NCBI RefSeq assembly: GCF_006345805.1
Contig: NC_043003.1
Span: 65,472,001-65,536,000, forward strand
From: Octopus sinensis
Taxonomy: Eukaryota
Reading direction: 5' to 3'
DNA length: 64,000 nucleotides
Every line of letters starts with the position of its first letter. The first letter of the stretch is position 1. Shown here piece after piece: positions 27,002-38,361 of this stretch. The notes beneath the pieces were generated by a model that was given only the letters and a program-made list of their open reading frames with translations, was not told the origin of the DNA and searched no databases. The position numbers and the translations under genes are program-made.

Positions 27002-27102
27002 GTCATTACAGATATAGGGTGAAATATAATTAATTTAATAAAATCAACAAATTTCACCTAGTAGTATTTCGGTATGGAAAAGGACCATATTCGGTAAAAA
27101 TT

Positions 27103-27337
27103 TATATAATCATAATAATAAGGGTTTTTTTGCAACAAGTTGCTTAACCACATTCCGAAAATTTAAGAAATAACAGCCAAAAGACTACTATTTCCTTTTA
27201 CTACAAAAATATTGTTGTCTGTGGAGACTTATTTTTGTAGTAAAAGGAAATAGTATTCTTTTGGCTGCTATTTCTAAAATTTTCCGTATGTGGTTAAGCA
27301 ACTTGCTGCAAAAAGCCCTTATTATTATAATTATATA
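27103..27337. mobile_element. Palindromic fold-back element (MITE-like), ~108-bp arms, 18-nt loop
   Basis: 27103-27211 is the reverse complement of 27230-27337 with scattered mismatches; loop TTGTTGTCTGTGGAGACT. Confidence 0.85.
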
Positions 27338-27389
27338 TATGTATGTATATATATATAGAAAATGCCAAAACAAAAAAAATAATACAAGA

Positions 27390-27805
27390 AGGTAAAAGGT
27401 GACAACAAGACATCCGGACAGTTAGACGATACAAAAAAGTACAGGAAAAAACAAGGACGGGTCATTCAGGGTTTCTTTCGTCAGTCGAGCTCCACATAGT
27501 CGTTGCAATGTCATCCGGTAACACTCGAGACTGCCATAATCTGGCCGGCCCTAAGAAAATCTAAGCTAAGAGCACTGCATTCTTCGGAAGAAAGCATGAG
27601 AATGTATACGAAAAGAAGGACGAAACAATTGGTACACAATTACAAATGCAAACAATAGACATTAACAACAGGTGTCTTTCGACTAAAGACGAATAAAAAT
27701 TAAGCTGGCATGTGTGGAAGTGAAGCCTTACGGTAGGAACATATGAGATGTAAATCATGTGAAAGAATATAAGAGAGGTTACATGGATGGTAGTCGAACC
27801 AAGAC
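27390..27805. repeat. Interspersed repeat, diverged homolog of 42200-42610
   Basis: Shared blocks such as ATCTGGCCGGCC...AAGAAAATCTAAGCTAAGAGCACT and TGGTACACAATTACAAATGCAAACAA. Confidence 0.8.
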
Positions 27806-28067
27806 ATATAGATCTGGCTGGGCGGAACACTGGTCACGTGGATGGAAAGGAGAGAGGTAGAAGCAGAGGGACTGAAGAATTAGGGAAGGATGAGAAAGTG
27901 GGGAAAAGAAAGGAAATGGACCGAGTGAAGTAAAGGAGGAGGGAAAGTGATGAGAATTTAGGGAAGGCCACAAATTGTGAGAGAGGGTGAGAGTGAGAAA
28001 AAAGAAAAGTGGAAAGAACGAAGTGTGAAGAGGGCTAACAGAAAGACTTGTATATATAAATATGTGG

Positions 28068-28325
28068 AAGGAGACACGTGGCTTAGTGGTTAGGGTGTCA
28101 GCATCATGATCGTAACATTGTAGTTTCGATTCCTGATCGGGCGACGCGTTTTGTTCTTGAGCAAACACTTCATTACACGTTGCTCCAATCCACTCAGCTG
28201 GCAAAAATGAGTATGGCTGCGATGGACTGGCATCCCATCCAGCTGAGGAACACATACGCGACGGAAACCGGGAACTGGGCCTATGAGCCTGGCTAGGCTT
28301 TAAAAAGGGCGCATTTATGTTGTTT
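28068..28325 (+). mobile_element. SINE family C
   Basis: GGAGACACGTGGCTTAGTGGTTAGGGTGTCAGCATCATGATCGTAACATTGTAGTTTCGATTCCTG...GGCGACGCGTTTTGTTCTTGAGCAAACACTTCATTACACGTTGCTCCAATCCACTCAGCTGGCAAAAATGAG. Confidence 0.9.
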
Positions 28326-28467
28326 TATTTATACCTAAATATTTATATATATGTGTGTATATAAATATATATATACACTATATACACGCACAAATACACA
28401 TTTACAAATGCGAGGTGTCAATGTACATATATATATATATGTAAACATACATATATATAAATACATA

Positions 28468-28498
<31 letters not shown>

Positions 28499-28541
28499 TT
28501 ATATATTGATATATTTACACACAAACACACACACACACATG

Positions 28542-28572
<31 letters not shown>

Positions 28573-30311
28573 GCGTGTTTGTGTGCAAATATATTTGAAT
28601 ATTTTCAGTTTGGCTCAAACAGAATCGTAATTATAATCACAAGATCGTTTCGATACAGAGACCTTGTAAACCTATCTGAAAAAAATATCCTTTGACTATA
28701 ATATTGTTTCTGTTATAATATTGGCGTGATTGTATAATTTAGCATTCTGTGTGACAAAAACACTTCTGTTTTCCACCTTATTCGTAATGTAGTTTCTAAT
28801 TCTGTTTATTAACATTACTTTCAAGTGGTAAGTTGATGTTGGTTGAATGATATGTCAGCTACACCCTACACACACAACATCGTGAATTGGAAACCAAGGT
28901 GTATACATTTACTGAGAGCAATTGAGCTCCAAATACATTCAGTCCAGCTGATTGAATAAACATAGGTGTAAAGTAAATAAAATAACCAATAGTACAGGAT
29001 TCGATTGTGATTTCCGCCTAGCAAATAATAAAGCAAGCTTGCGCACTAATACTACAAGTTCGATTATCAATAGATGTTAATTCATTTCCTCACAGCGACA
29101 TGAAAATTATCCATTTATATCCTCGTTTACTATACATATGCTGTGTCTGCCTGTGAAATAAAGCAGCTAAGGCAACTTGGTAAAGATCAATACAAGTCAT
29201 CTGTGCTTTTGGTAAGTTTTGAATGCAAACAGTTTCTGAATCTTGTTTGAAGTAATTTAATTTCACTTATGCTACTAAATGCCTTCAGAAAACTCATAAA
29301 CTTAACATGGGAGTCACATGATTACACACTTCTCTATGAATTTGCAAATATACACCGATCTGCCGAATATATAGCAGAAGAGTAAGTGGTAGCTATTTCG
29401 ATTGTGAACGAAGTAAGGCTAGATAGAACGACAGGAAGATTACAATATTTGTGTTTACCGTCTCATGAAATCAGAAGAGCATGAAGACACTTAAAGTTAT
29501 TAACTCTGACTTTCGCTGTCGTTATTTGAAGGACTTGGATGTTTTGTTCAATGACCCAGTGTTGATATACTGCTGAGACTGACACTGTATTGTCCTCTAA
29601 CATTGGCTGAAATTCCAGAACCAAATAAAGATAATAATTTACTAATTGATGCTAAATTTCTCATCTGCTTCGTTTGTTTGTTGTAGCTGTGGGTATGACA
29701 GTGCGATGGTGTTTCCTTTTTACCCTTTTATGTTTTATGAGAAAATATGGTTTATGTAAAGAGTAGCTTTGCAACTGAATTTTATTACCAGATCTGAATC
29801 AGAAAACCTGCTGTGAAGGAAAACATTGCGTTTCAAAATCTATTTGGAGAAATGCCATTTCCCAGCTGGGCGGGGATTCCAAAAATGTTGCGATAGGGTA
29901 AATATTATAAGGAGGTCAGAAAAGTCAAGTCTTTTATATTTCGTTGTAGAAATATCCCTTTGAAGTTTATTTTATAGAAATTACCACCTCCACTCCATGG
30001 GATTGGCTTATTCAATATTTAAAAAGCAACATCGAAACCTGGATGTGAAACTGTCTATAACTATAAAATGAATGGAATATGTCAGACGATTCCAACCGAT
30101 GGTATTCTTAATGAATAAATTATGTAAATAGTGTTATGCATTTTTAATAAAAACAACTTTATATAAAAGATGTATTATATACCCTGGGACACTATTTATA
30201 TCTATCCAATATTTCTACTCGAACATATAATGCAACTAATAGGTGTTATTATATATTTAATAAGCTTTTCGTAAACTTCGCAGGTAACAAATGAATACTG
30301 CTTCTTACTTC

Positions 30312-30358
<47 letters not shown>

Positions 30359-30424
30359 AGTGTGTGTGTATGTGTGTGTGTGCGTGTGCGTGTGTGTGTG
30401 CGTGTGTGTGTGTGTGTGTGTGTG

Positions 30425-30750
30425 CGAAGCGCGTTGTTTCAGTGGTTAGGGCAGCGGACTCGCGGTGGTAGGATCGCGGTTTCGATTCCCAGATTGGGAG
30501 TTGTGGCTGCTTCTTGAGCGAAAACACCTAAAGCTCCTGATGCTCCGGTAGGGGTGGTGGCGAACCCTGGTGTACTCTTTCACCATAAATTTCTCTCATT
30601 GTTTCTTTCTGTTTCTGTTGTACCTGTATTTCAAAAGGCCAGCCTTGTCACATTTTGTCACGCTGAATTTCCCCAAGAACTACGTCAAAGGTACACGTGT
30701 CTGTAGAATGCTCAGCCACTTGCACGTTAATTTCACGAGCAGGCTGTGAA
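30425..30750 (+). mobile_element. SINE family C variant
   Basis: GCGCGTTGTTTCAGTGGTTAGGGCAGCGGACTCGCGGTGGTAGGATCGCGGTTTCGATTCCCAG head; tail shared with 10700-10835. Confidence 0.82.
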
Positions 30751-30784
30751 TATATATATTCTAACTATATGTAGAATATATATA

Positions 30785-31035
30785 GTATGATTCCGGTTTC
30801 AGTCTTGCTGCGCGGCAACTCGTCCAACTATCTTCTATTACATTTTCTACTTTTGAGTGGATTTGGTAGACATAAACTGAAAGAAGCCCATAAAGAAATA
30901 TATCTGTGTGTGTGTGTGTGACTTTGTCTCTGTGTTTGTCCCCCAGCAGAGCTATACATCTGGAATTGGTATGTTTATGTCCCTGTGAATTAGCAGTTCG
31001 ACAAAAGAAAAACGATAGATTAAGTACCAGGCCAT
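30785..31035 (+). mobile_element. SINE family B, degenerate and deleted
   Basis: GAGTGGATTTGGTAGACATAAACTGAAAGAAGCCC...GTGTTTGTCCCC...AAGTACCAGGC. Confidence 0.7.
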
Positions 31036-31194
31036 GGTCTAATGATTGAAAGAAGGAAAAGGTAACAGTAATGGTGTGACGGGATGGTGTACCGTTGAGG
31101 AGAGGAAGGAAGTGTTGTTGTCTAGGGTCCCGTTTACGGTATGGAAACCAGGATGCCGGCCTTATGAGCCATACGAGTCGAGACAGTAATCTCC

Positions 31195-31272
31195 AGGTGA
31201 TGATGATATTGATGATGATGATGATGATGATGAAGAGGAGGAGGAGGAGGAGGAGGAGGAGGAAGAAGGTGA
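31195..31272. repeat. (GAT)n(GAG)n microsatellite
   Basis: Seen directly. Confidence 0.92.
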
Positions 31273-31392
31273 AAAATAGCAGCTATATCAAATAGTTGCT
31301 AATGAGATTACAAAGCAACATTACAGTGCAATATATAAATACTAACACACGTGGCATGTGACTACCGACTGGTAATATGAAATCCCTTTGTG

Positions 31393-31451
<59 letters not shown>

Positions 31452-31721
31452 TCCATTGTTTACTGTATATAAAATGAAATGATTTCTGTAAGACAGACGG
31501 ACAGGCATACTCACGATACACAAAACATGGAAATGAAGATTTCAATGTAAGAATCTATTAAATATTTCGGAACATCTTCATTTACAGAATCAATTTTAAA
31601 TTTCCAGTCAATATTCATTAATGATTCATTTTAAATTAACCATTCTGTTAATACAGCGATTTGAGGAAAACAATAACTCACCAGACTATATTGATTTCTT
31701 ATATTAAACCAGCTCATGAAG

Positions 31722-31870
31722 GAGCGTGGCTTAGAGGTTAGGGTTGTTGGTCTCATGATTGTAAGATTGTGGATTCCAATCCTGGAGCGGGCGACGCGTT
31801 GTGTTCTTGAGCAAAACAGTTGAGTTCACGTTGTTCCAGCCTACTCAACCGGCAAAAATGAGTAATCATA
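31722..31870 (+). mobile_element. SINE family C, 5' part
   Basis: GGAGCGTGGCTTAGAGGTTAGGGTTG...GGGCGACGCGTTGTGTTCTTGAGCAAAACAG...GGCAAAAATGAGTAA. Confidence 0.85.
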
Positions 31871-32039
31871 AAATATACTGACGTCACCTCCAGGGTGGGA
31901 ATATATTATATGCCACAGAATCCAGAATGCACACATAAAAACATAAATACACGCAAGCACATACATAAACACATGAATCCCCGCCTCATAGTTACACACA
32001 CGCACATACCACACATATATGCTTGTGTGAAAGGAAGGA

Positions 32040-32212
32040 TCTGTAGGGCTGGCGTTCCGTCCATCTTTACGTTCTGAATTAAAATTTCGTCAAAGTTGAC
32101 TTTCCCTTCCAGCCCCTCGGAGTCGATAAAATAAGTACCAGTTGAGAACTATGGTCTACGCAATCGACTTATCCCCTCCCAGGAACTTGCTGGCTTGGTA
32201 CCAAAATTTGAA
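32040..32212 (+). mobile_element. SINE family A, 3' part
   Basis: CTTTACGTTCTGAATTAAAATTTCG...GGAGTCGATAAAATAAGTACCAGTTG...AATCGACTTATCCCCTCCC...CCAAAATTTGAAA. Confidence 0.8.
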
Positions 32213-32261
32213 ATGAGAATTAAACCAGCTCACCAGTAATTTAATGTTAGAATCTTAAGGA

Positions 32262-32645
32262 TATCCATTTCTACTCTAGGCACGAGACCCGAAATTTTTT
32301 TGGAGGGGGCCAGTCGATTAGATCGACCCCAGTACGCAACTGGTACTTAATCTATGGACCTAGAAAGGATGAAAGGTAAGGTAGACCTCGGCGGAATTTG
32401 AACTCGGAATTACCTATTTCTTTACTATCCACAAGGGATTAAACACAGAGAGGACAAACAAGGACAGACAAACGGATTAAGTCCATTATATCGACCCAGT
32501 GCGTAACTGGTACTTATTTAATCGACCCCGAAAGGATGAAAGGCAAAGTCGACCTCGGCAGAATTTGAACCCAGAACGTAACGGCAGACGAAATACCGCT
32601 AAGCATTTCGCCCGGCCTGCTAACGTTTCTGAACATCACCGCCTT
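32262..32645 (-). mobile_element. Two tandem or nested SINE family A copies
   Basis: 32262-32410 is a 3' part broken at GAATTTGAACTCGGAA; 32411-32645 is a complete copy ending CATCACCGCC. Confidence 0.88.
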
Positions 32646-34009
32646 AGAATCTTAAGACTATCGAACAAAACATGTTCCTGGTTCTTAGTTACGATCTTTG
32701 TTTTATGGTTTCGAATCACCTTCTAAATCAACTTCAGTTTTCAGCCTTCTGCAACTGATAATATAAATGTCAGTCTTGAGCTGAAGTAGTTTTATTTGAA
32801 TATAGCTATCGTCAGATGCATAGAGACCATTAAAATGGATATTAACTCATAAAACGAATGTTGGCAGTTAAAGATTTCCCGAATTACATCACTGTTCGCC
32901 TATTTCAAACATGTGGACACCTACACAAAGAGTAACGTGTGTAGTTATGTAATTTCGAAAACGAAAACAATATTATGGTCTCACTAAAATTGATTCCAGA
33001 AATTTTTAATATACGAGTCTGAGTTAAAACCAGAGTTATGAGACAGAAAAAGACATCCTGGGGCATCAAGATTCTCGTTTTAGTGTCAGTAGGTGTTAAT
33101 TGTTTAACAGTAAGCTTGGTGGCTTTCTTTTTGTCTTGGCCGTCTAAAATATATGTGTCTGATATATAAGACTCTAGTGAGGCACACGTTTTTGTGGCGT
33201 TTATATTCAACAGCTCACAGCTGAATTCCTTTCTGGATCTGACATTGCAGTCAGATTTTTGTGGATGGAAATTTTTTTAAAAAAACATATTTATGACTGC
33301 TAGCTTTCAAAGGGTCTAAAATGTTGAGTTTTCTGACGCTTGTCGGAAATTAGAGGGTTTAGAATTTAGATTCCTTTTGTATAATGCAAAACTATTTCCT
33401 TGGTGCCGGGCCTATAATGGAATTGTCTTCTTGCACTGATTAAGGAAGCTGTGTCTTTGAGGTGTTCTTTTCTGTTCCTCACGGCAGTATATGTAAAGTT
33501 GAACGGATAAATGCGTGGTTGGTTGGAGAGTCTGGTAAATAATTTGTTATTTTAGACAAACAAGCTAGTAAAGGTAGAATCAGAAATGGTCTTTATATAT
33601 TTATTTATTGTGATTTGGACACCTCACTAACAATTACATTATTCAGTCGAAATAACGGAAGACATGTTTGTGTACTTTTCGCACAGAATTCTTTCAGAGA
33701 GAAATAATGCCTATCTTTTTGCCGATGAAGTAAATGGCATGCTTCATTTGCTTACTATAAGTGTAGTTAGGATTTGAAGCATAAAAAAAAGAGTAGAAGG
33801 GGGAAAGTATCAGTGTCATACGTCTGGAGATAATGGGCTGAGCAGTGGCAATGCAATGATGTGGTGGCAAAGAGGATGAAACTAGAATAGGGGCGATTGC
33901 TTCGCTCCGCAGATTACTGGAAGGCAATATAGGTCCTTTATTTTCTAGGATACTGTTGTTCGGAAACATCATGGTTTAAGAAAAGCGAGTGAAAGGAGAC
34001 TATAAACCT

Positions 34010-34146
34010 TTCCACTGGAAGCACAAGGCCTCAAATTTAGGGAAAGGAATTAAATCAATCGCATCGACCCCAGAGCGTAGCAATGGGCGAAATACCATTA
34101 AGCATTTCATTCAGTGTGCTAATGATTCTGCCAACTCGCTGCCTTA
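34010..34146 (-). mobile_element. SINE family A, internally deleted
   Basis: CCTTTCCACTGGAAGCACAAGGCCTCAAATTTAGGG...CATCGACCCC joined to GGCGAAATACCATTAAGCATTTC...GATTCTGCCAACTCGCTGCC. Confidence 0.8.
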
Positions 34147-36011
34147 AAGGAGACTATAATGTTTGAAGATATCTTAGAAATGTAACCAGACGCCTGGTTT
34201 AAATACGTGAGAGAGAAATTATTTTGAAGTTGAGTAGTAGAATTACTTCTGTAATTCCGTAAAATATGTTGATGGATGGATGAAGAAATCAAACAGACCA
34301 AACAGGGCTAAGTGTTTTTATGCATGAAGAATTAATGAAGAGAAAAGTATCTGAAAGCCCGAGGTGTAGTGCATGTGATAAATAAGTTTGGTTTCGTAGT
34401 GACCACTTTAATTAGAAAGCTGTCAGTCGTTAGCTGCTATTTCTGTAGAGTGATACGTTTGAAATAACACGAAGGTGGGTTCATGGCTAACGGCTGTTCA
34501 GAAGTGTATTCTCTTTTACGAGTCTGGAATTATTTTGTTTGGAGTAAAAGAAAATTGTTCGAACTGTTTTTAAACGTCAGTGCATTGCTTGTATAAAAGT
34601 GATAACTGGTCTGGAGAATGGAAAATGCTTCGGCCTCTATGCAAGAAGAAAAAAGAAATACGATTCAGAAAGACCCAAGAGTTTCGTGTTGAATGAAAGC
34701 ATCACAAACAATAATTTCAAAAAAGATCAGAAAGTTTACTTTGATGTAATCAGAAGCTCAAGGCTGGAGAAGACTGCAGTACACCAGGGACATTAGATTA
34801 ATTTAAAACATAGATGAAAGATTTTGAGAACCAGTAAATGTTATTTTTTGAAAATGTGAAGGCGATAAACTAGATTATTTAGGAGGTGACAATATAGAAG
34901 CACCATATATTTTAAGATACCACTTTTTACGAAGAAGTAGACGTGATATGCAACCTGTGCAACAGAGTATGGATAGATTTTGGGATTGAAAAGTTTATAC
35001 AATTGTTTTCTGAGAAAAATATTTTGATAAAGCTAGTGCAAATTTGGTACTTGATCATGAAAACTAGGCTGGCCTTGGTCAAGCAAACCAACAAACAAGG
35101 GCGTTCCATACATGATCAACACTTGGTAGCTTATTATTTACAGAAGATTTGCTATTAACTCTATCAACCATAATCTTGGATAGGTTTCGCGAAGCAATGT
35201 GTTTGCTGAACAGAAGTAGTAATCACAAACTAGGATTGAAAAGAATATTAATATAACTAGTATTGAAGAGAATAAGAGATTCAGAGATTTATAGAATCAC
35301 AGAATCACTCTGACTCTCTCTCTCCCTCTCTTCCTTCCCCCCCCCCCTCTCTCTCATCTTACCACTGAAAAGTCTATTTTATTATTGGTGTGCTAGAACA
35401 ACGAGAGGAAATGTTGAACAGAAATTGCATTCGGAAACACTGAATGAAGCACTAGAATTAAACCCGCACCAGCGGCATGGCTCGTTGAAAAAAACAAAGC
35501 GACTAGGAGTTACGATTGAGCTAATGGTTAAGTTTTGTATTTATAGTAGACTTAGCCATAAATATAAATATTATATTTAGTAACCATTAGCCATACTGCA
35601 GAAAAAAAAAACCTGTGTAGTTTTATCGAGGAATTATCTTAGTAGAAAGGTAGGTTGTTGAGGATTCGGTGCCTCAGTGATTTTATTTCAGAGAGAACAA
35701 ACGAATCATATGAAAATGTTTGATCTTGAGAAAGATCAAAGAGGTTCTCACAATTTCTTCGCTGAAGCTATAGAAGATGCCTCTCTCCACAGGATTATGT
35801 TCTGCATACAAGAAAGTTGGTTAATATTGTAATTTTATTTAATAAATTTTATGTAAGTTATTGATATTCATGAGTAATTACGTGTGCATGTATGTCTTAT
35901 ATGAGCGAGTATTTAATACATACATAGATATATGATATATGTAGTTGCGTAAGAATCGATAAAAATGTGTGTTCGGATGTATATAGGCATGTGTTTACAC
36001 ACAACGCACGC

Positions 36012-36059
<48 letters not shown>

Positions 36060-36112
36060 ATATATATATATGCTTGTGAATGTGTCTGTTTGGCCTTTAT
36101 ATAATTGTTTAT

Positions 36113-36170
<58 letters not shown>

Positions 36171-36249
36171 GAAAATGTGTTTCTTTGACCATGTAATGGT
36201 CAAAAGAAAGAATGAAATCCAATTAAACCAAAAGCAACTACACAACTAA

Positions 36250-36545
36250 CACATCTTCTGCCTACCTAACAAAGGAAAGCACCTCAATGTACACTATTGC
36301 ATATGAAACTCTACACACATAAACAAATTCTAACCGGTAACATAATCCCAAATTTAATCAATAATAAATTTTCGAAAGCACCTTTCCGTAAGAAGCCACC
36401 CTGAAACGTAATTAGCTCTCCGAGCAAACCCACACACCCAAGGAAGACGATACATCGCCAAGATTAACTCTCATGCATTGCTGTCCGACGATGGCTAAAA
36501 TGGCCTAAACTTCGAAGTCACTGTCAACAATATTCTTGTTTAAGA
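36250..36545 (+). mobile_element. Penelope-like 3' end (possible GIY-YIG C-terminus remnant plus hammerhead-like motif)
   Basis: Frame-disrupted KGKHLNV...YE.YTHKQ resembles, from memory, the KG..LN.LE.YEI..H end of Penelope GIY-YIG domains; followed by the hammerhead-like motif at 36481-36524. Confidence 0.5.
36481..36524 (+). ncRNA. Degenerate type I hammerhead-like motif
   Basis: CTGT-CCGACGA-T-GGC-TAAAATG-GCC-TAAA-CTTCGAAG-TC-ACTG: core positions U4 and G12 are mutated; the stem III palindrome ACTTCGAAGT and the GUC cleavage triplet are intact. Confidence 0.45.
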
Positions 36546-36604
36546 ATGAATATATATATATATATGTGTATGTGCGTGTGTGTGTGTGCGTGTGCGTGTG
36601 TGCG

Positions 36605-36800
36605 TGTATCTGTTACTTGTTTCCAGATATAAGACTGCAGCCATACTGGGGCACCGCCTCCATAACATTTTAGACCAATGAATGACCCCGCAATACTTTT
36701 TTAAAGCCCGGTAATTAGTCTATTAGTAACTTGGGCTGAACTGTTAAGTTATAGGGAGGTAAACACACCACCACCGGTTATCAAGCAGTGGTGGGGAATT
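36605..36800 (-). mobile_element. SINE family B, 3' half, diverged
   Basis: TTACTTGTTTCCAG...GACTGCAGCCATACTGGGGCACCGCC...GGAGGTAAACACACCACCACCGGTTATCAAGC. Confidence 0.8.
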
Positions 36801-37004
36801 AACTCAGACACAAAATCATTTAAATTTCTATCTTACAAACTGAAAAAGGAGTTTGACAAAATTAACTAAATCAGCATAGAATAATGGTTTCATATTATTT
36901 TATAATTAAGGTCTAAACTGTTAATATATGAGCGCCAAGGAGATAGTTGAATAACCGTAAAGCTACTCTTGGGCCACCCTACATACATACATAGATTACA
37001 GTCT

Positions 37005-37515
37005 TATTTCAGTTTCCGTCTACCAAAGCCACTAACAAGACTTTGGTCGTCCCGAGGTAATAGGAGTAGACACCTGCATAAATTCCTCACGCCGCCGCCG
37101 TGGTGATCTCATTCTCGCCCACAACATCATAAGCGGAAAGTGTAACCTCTCGAAAGAGCTGTTCTTCACTCCTGCTCCAGAGCGTCGGCTGCGGGGTCAT
37201 TCCGAAAAGCTCTACCTGCGACGATTTCATCTCAATCGAAGGAGAGGAGCTTTCTCCGCCCGGGTTGCGGATCCGTGGAACAAGCTGCCAGACGAGATGG
37301 TGAAGATGCCGACGACCGCTTTGTTCAAAGCCTCCCTGGACCTCAAGTGGCCTGAACTCTTTACATGAACAACACCCTGTACTTAACTCCATGTCCCCCT
37401 ACATGGCCTTGCTATTTGCTTTTGAGCCAAATTAACTAACTACCTAACTAAGTAACTCACTGTGGAACTGACACGGAACTAGTTGGGAAGAAAGCTTTTT
37501 TACCACACATCCACG
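37005..37515 (-). mobile_element. SINE family B 5' half interrupted by a LINE 3' fragment
   Basis: TTTCAGTTTCCGTCTACCAAAGCCACTAACAAGACTTTGGTCG...GACACCTG on the left resumes as TGTGGAACTGA...TTGGGAAGAAAGCTTTTTTACCACACATCCAC on the right. Confidence 0.8.
37092..37455 (+). mobile_element. CR1-group LINE 3' fragment nearly identical to the 3' end of the 44.7-kb LINE
   Basis: Three differences by eye against 48122-48470; degenerate (TAAC)n tail; candidate TSD CTCAC at 37087-37091 and 37456-37460. Confidence 0.96.
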
Positions 37516-38292
37516 TCTGCGCATTGCGTTTGAAACGTGGAGTAGATGAAACAGGGACAACCGAAGAAGGGGAATATTCTTTATTTTGTATGTCTCGTTA
37601 CTCTTTTTTTCGTTGTTCGATAAAAATTTCGTTTCTATGTTTATGTTTTATGTTTTCATTTCTCTTTGTGTTCAACGTTTTTTTTATGTCCTGTACCCAT
37701 ATATGCATGTATATATACATATATATATATATGCAAGCATGTACATATATATATGTATATATGCATATATTTATACATTTTTTTATTATTATTATATGAT
37801 CGAACACCACGCACCCTTTTCCAATTATGTATATATATATAAATAATACATATCACAGCTGATTTCAGATTTCAGAGAGTGCTAGTAAGCAACGGCCTTG
37901 CTAGAAATAAGAACACTACAGTTCTTCAGAGGAAACTGTTTTTACATTACACTTGCACTGATGAAATACTTACAGTCAGAGAGAGAGAGCAAGACTTTTA
38001 ATTAATTTATAAAAAGGGATAAACAGATAAAAATCAAAATATTATGATAGAAAAAACAATAAGAATAGAGAGAGAGAGAAAAGAATGAGGGAAAAGAGAG
38101 AGAGAGAGAGAATGAGATAGATGGAAAAAAGAAAGTAAGGGAAAGAGAAACAATTCAAAGAGGGTCTGCTTTAAGGGGATCCCAATCGTGTAATTATCTT
38201 AGAAATACTAAAAGAAAATGTGCACATTCATTAATGCAAACAGATAAAACAATCCATTTGTAACTATTTTTCAGCGTTAGCAACACATGTAA

Positions 38293-38361
<69 letters not shown>

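Noticed and set aside
29096-29211. Strong acceptor (TTTCCTCACAG) and donor (TTG/GTAAGT) around 116 bp
   Set aside because: Stops in all three frames; a non-coding exon cannot be supported without RNA data.
32900-35820. Possible ancient LINE coding debris (e.g. SESPRCSACDK near 34350, ILVSSSL near 33880)
   Set aside because: Motifs too short and interrupted to assign a family or boundaries.
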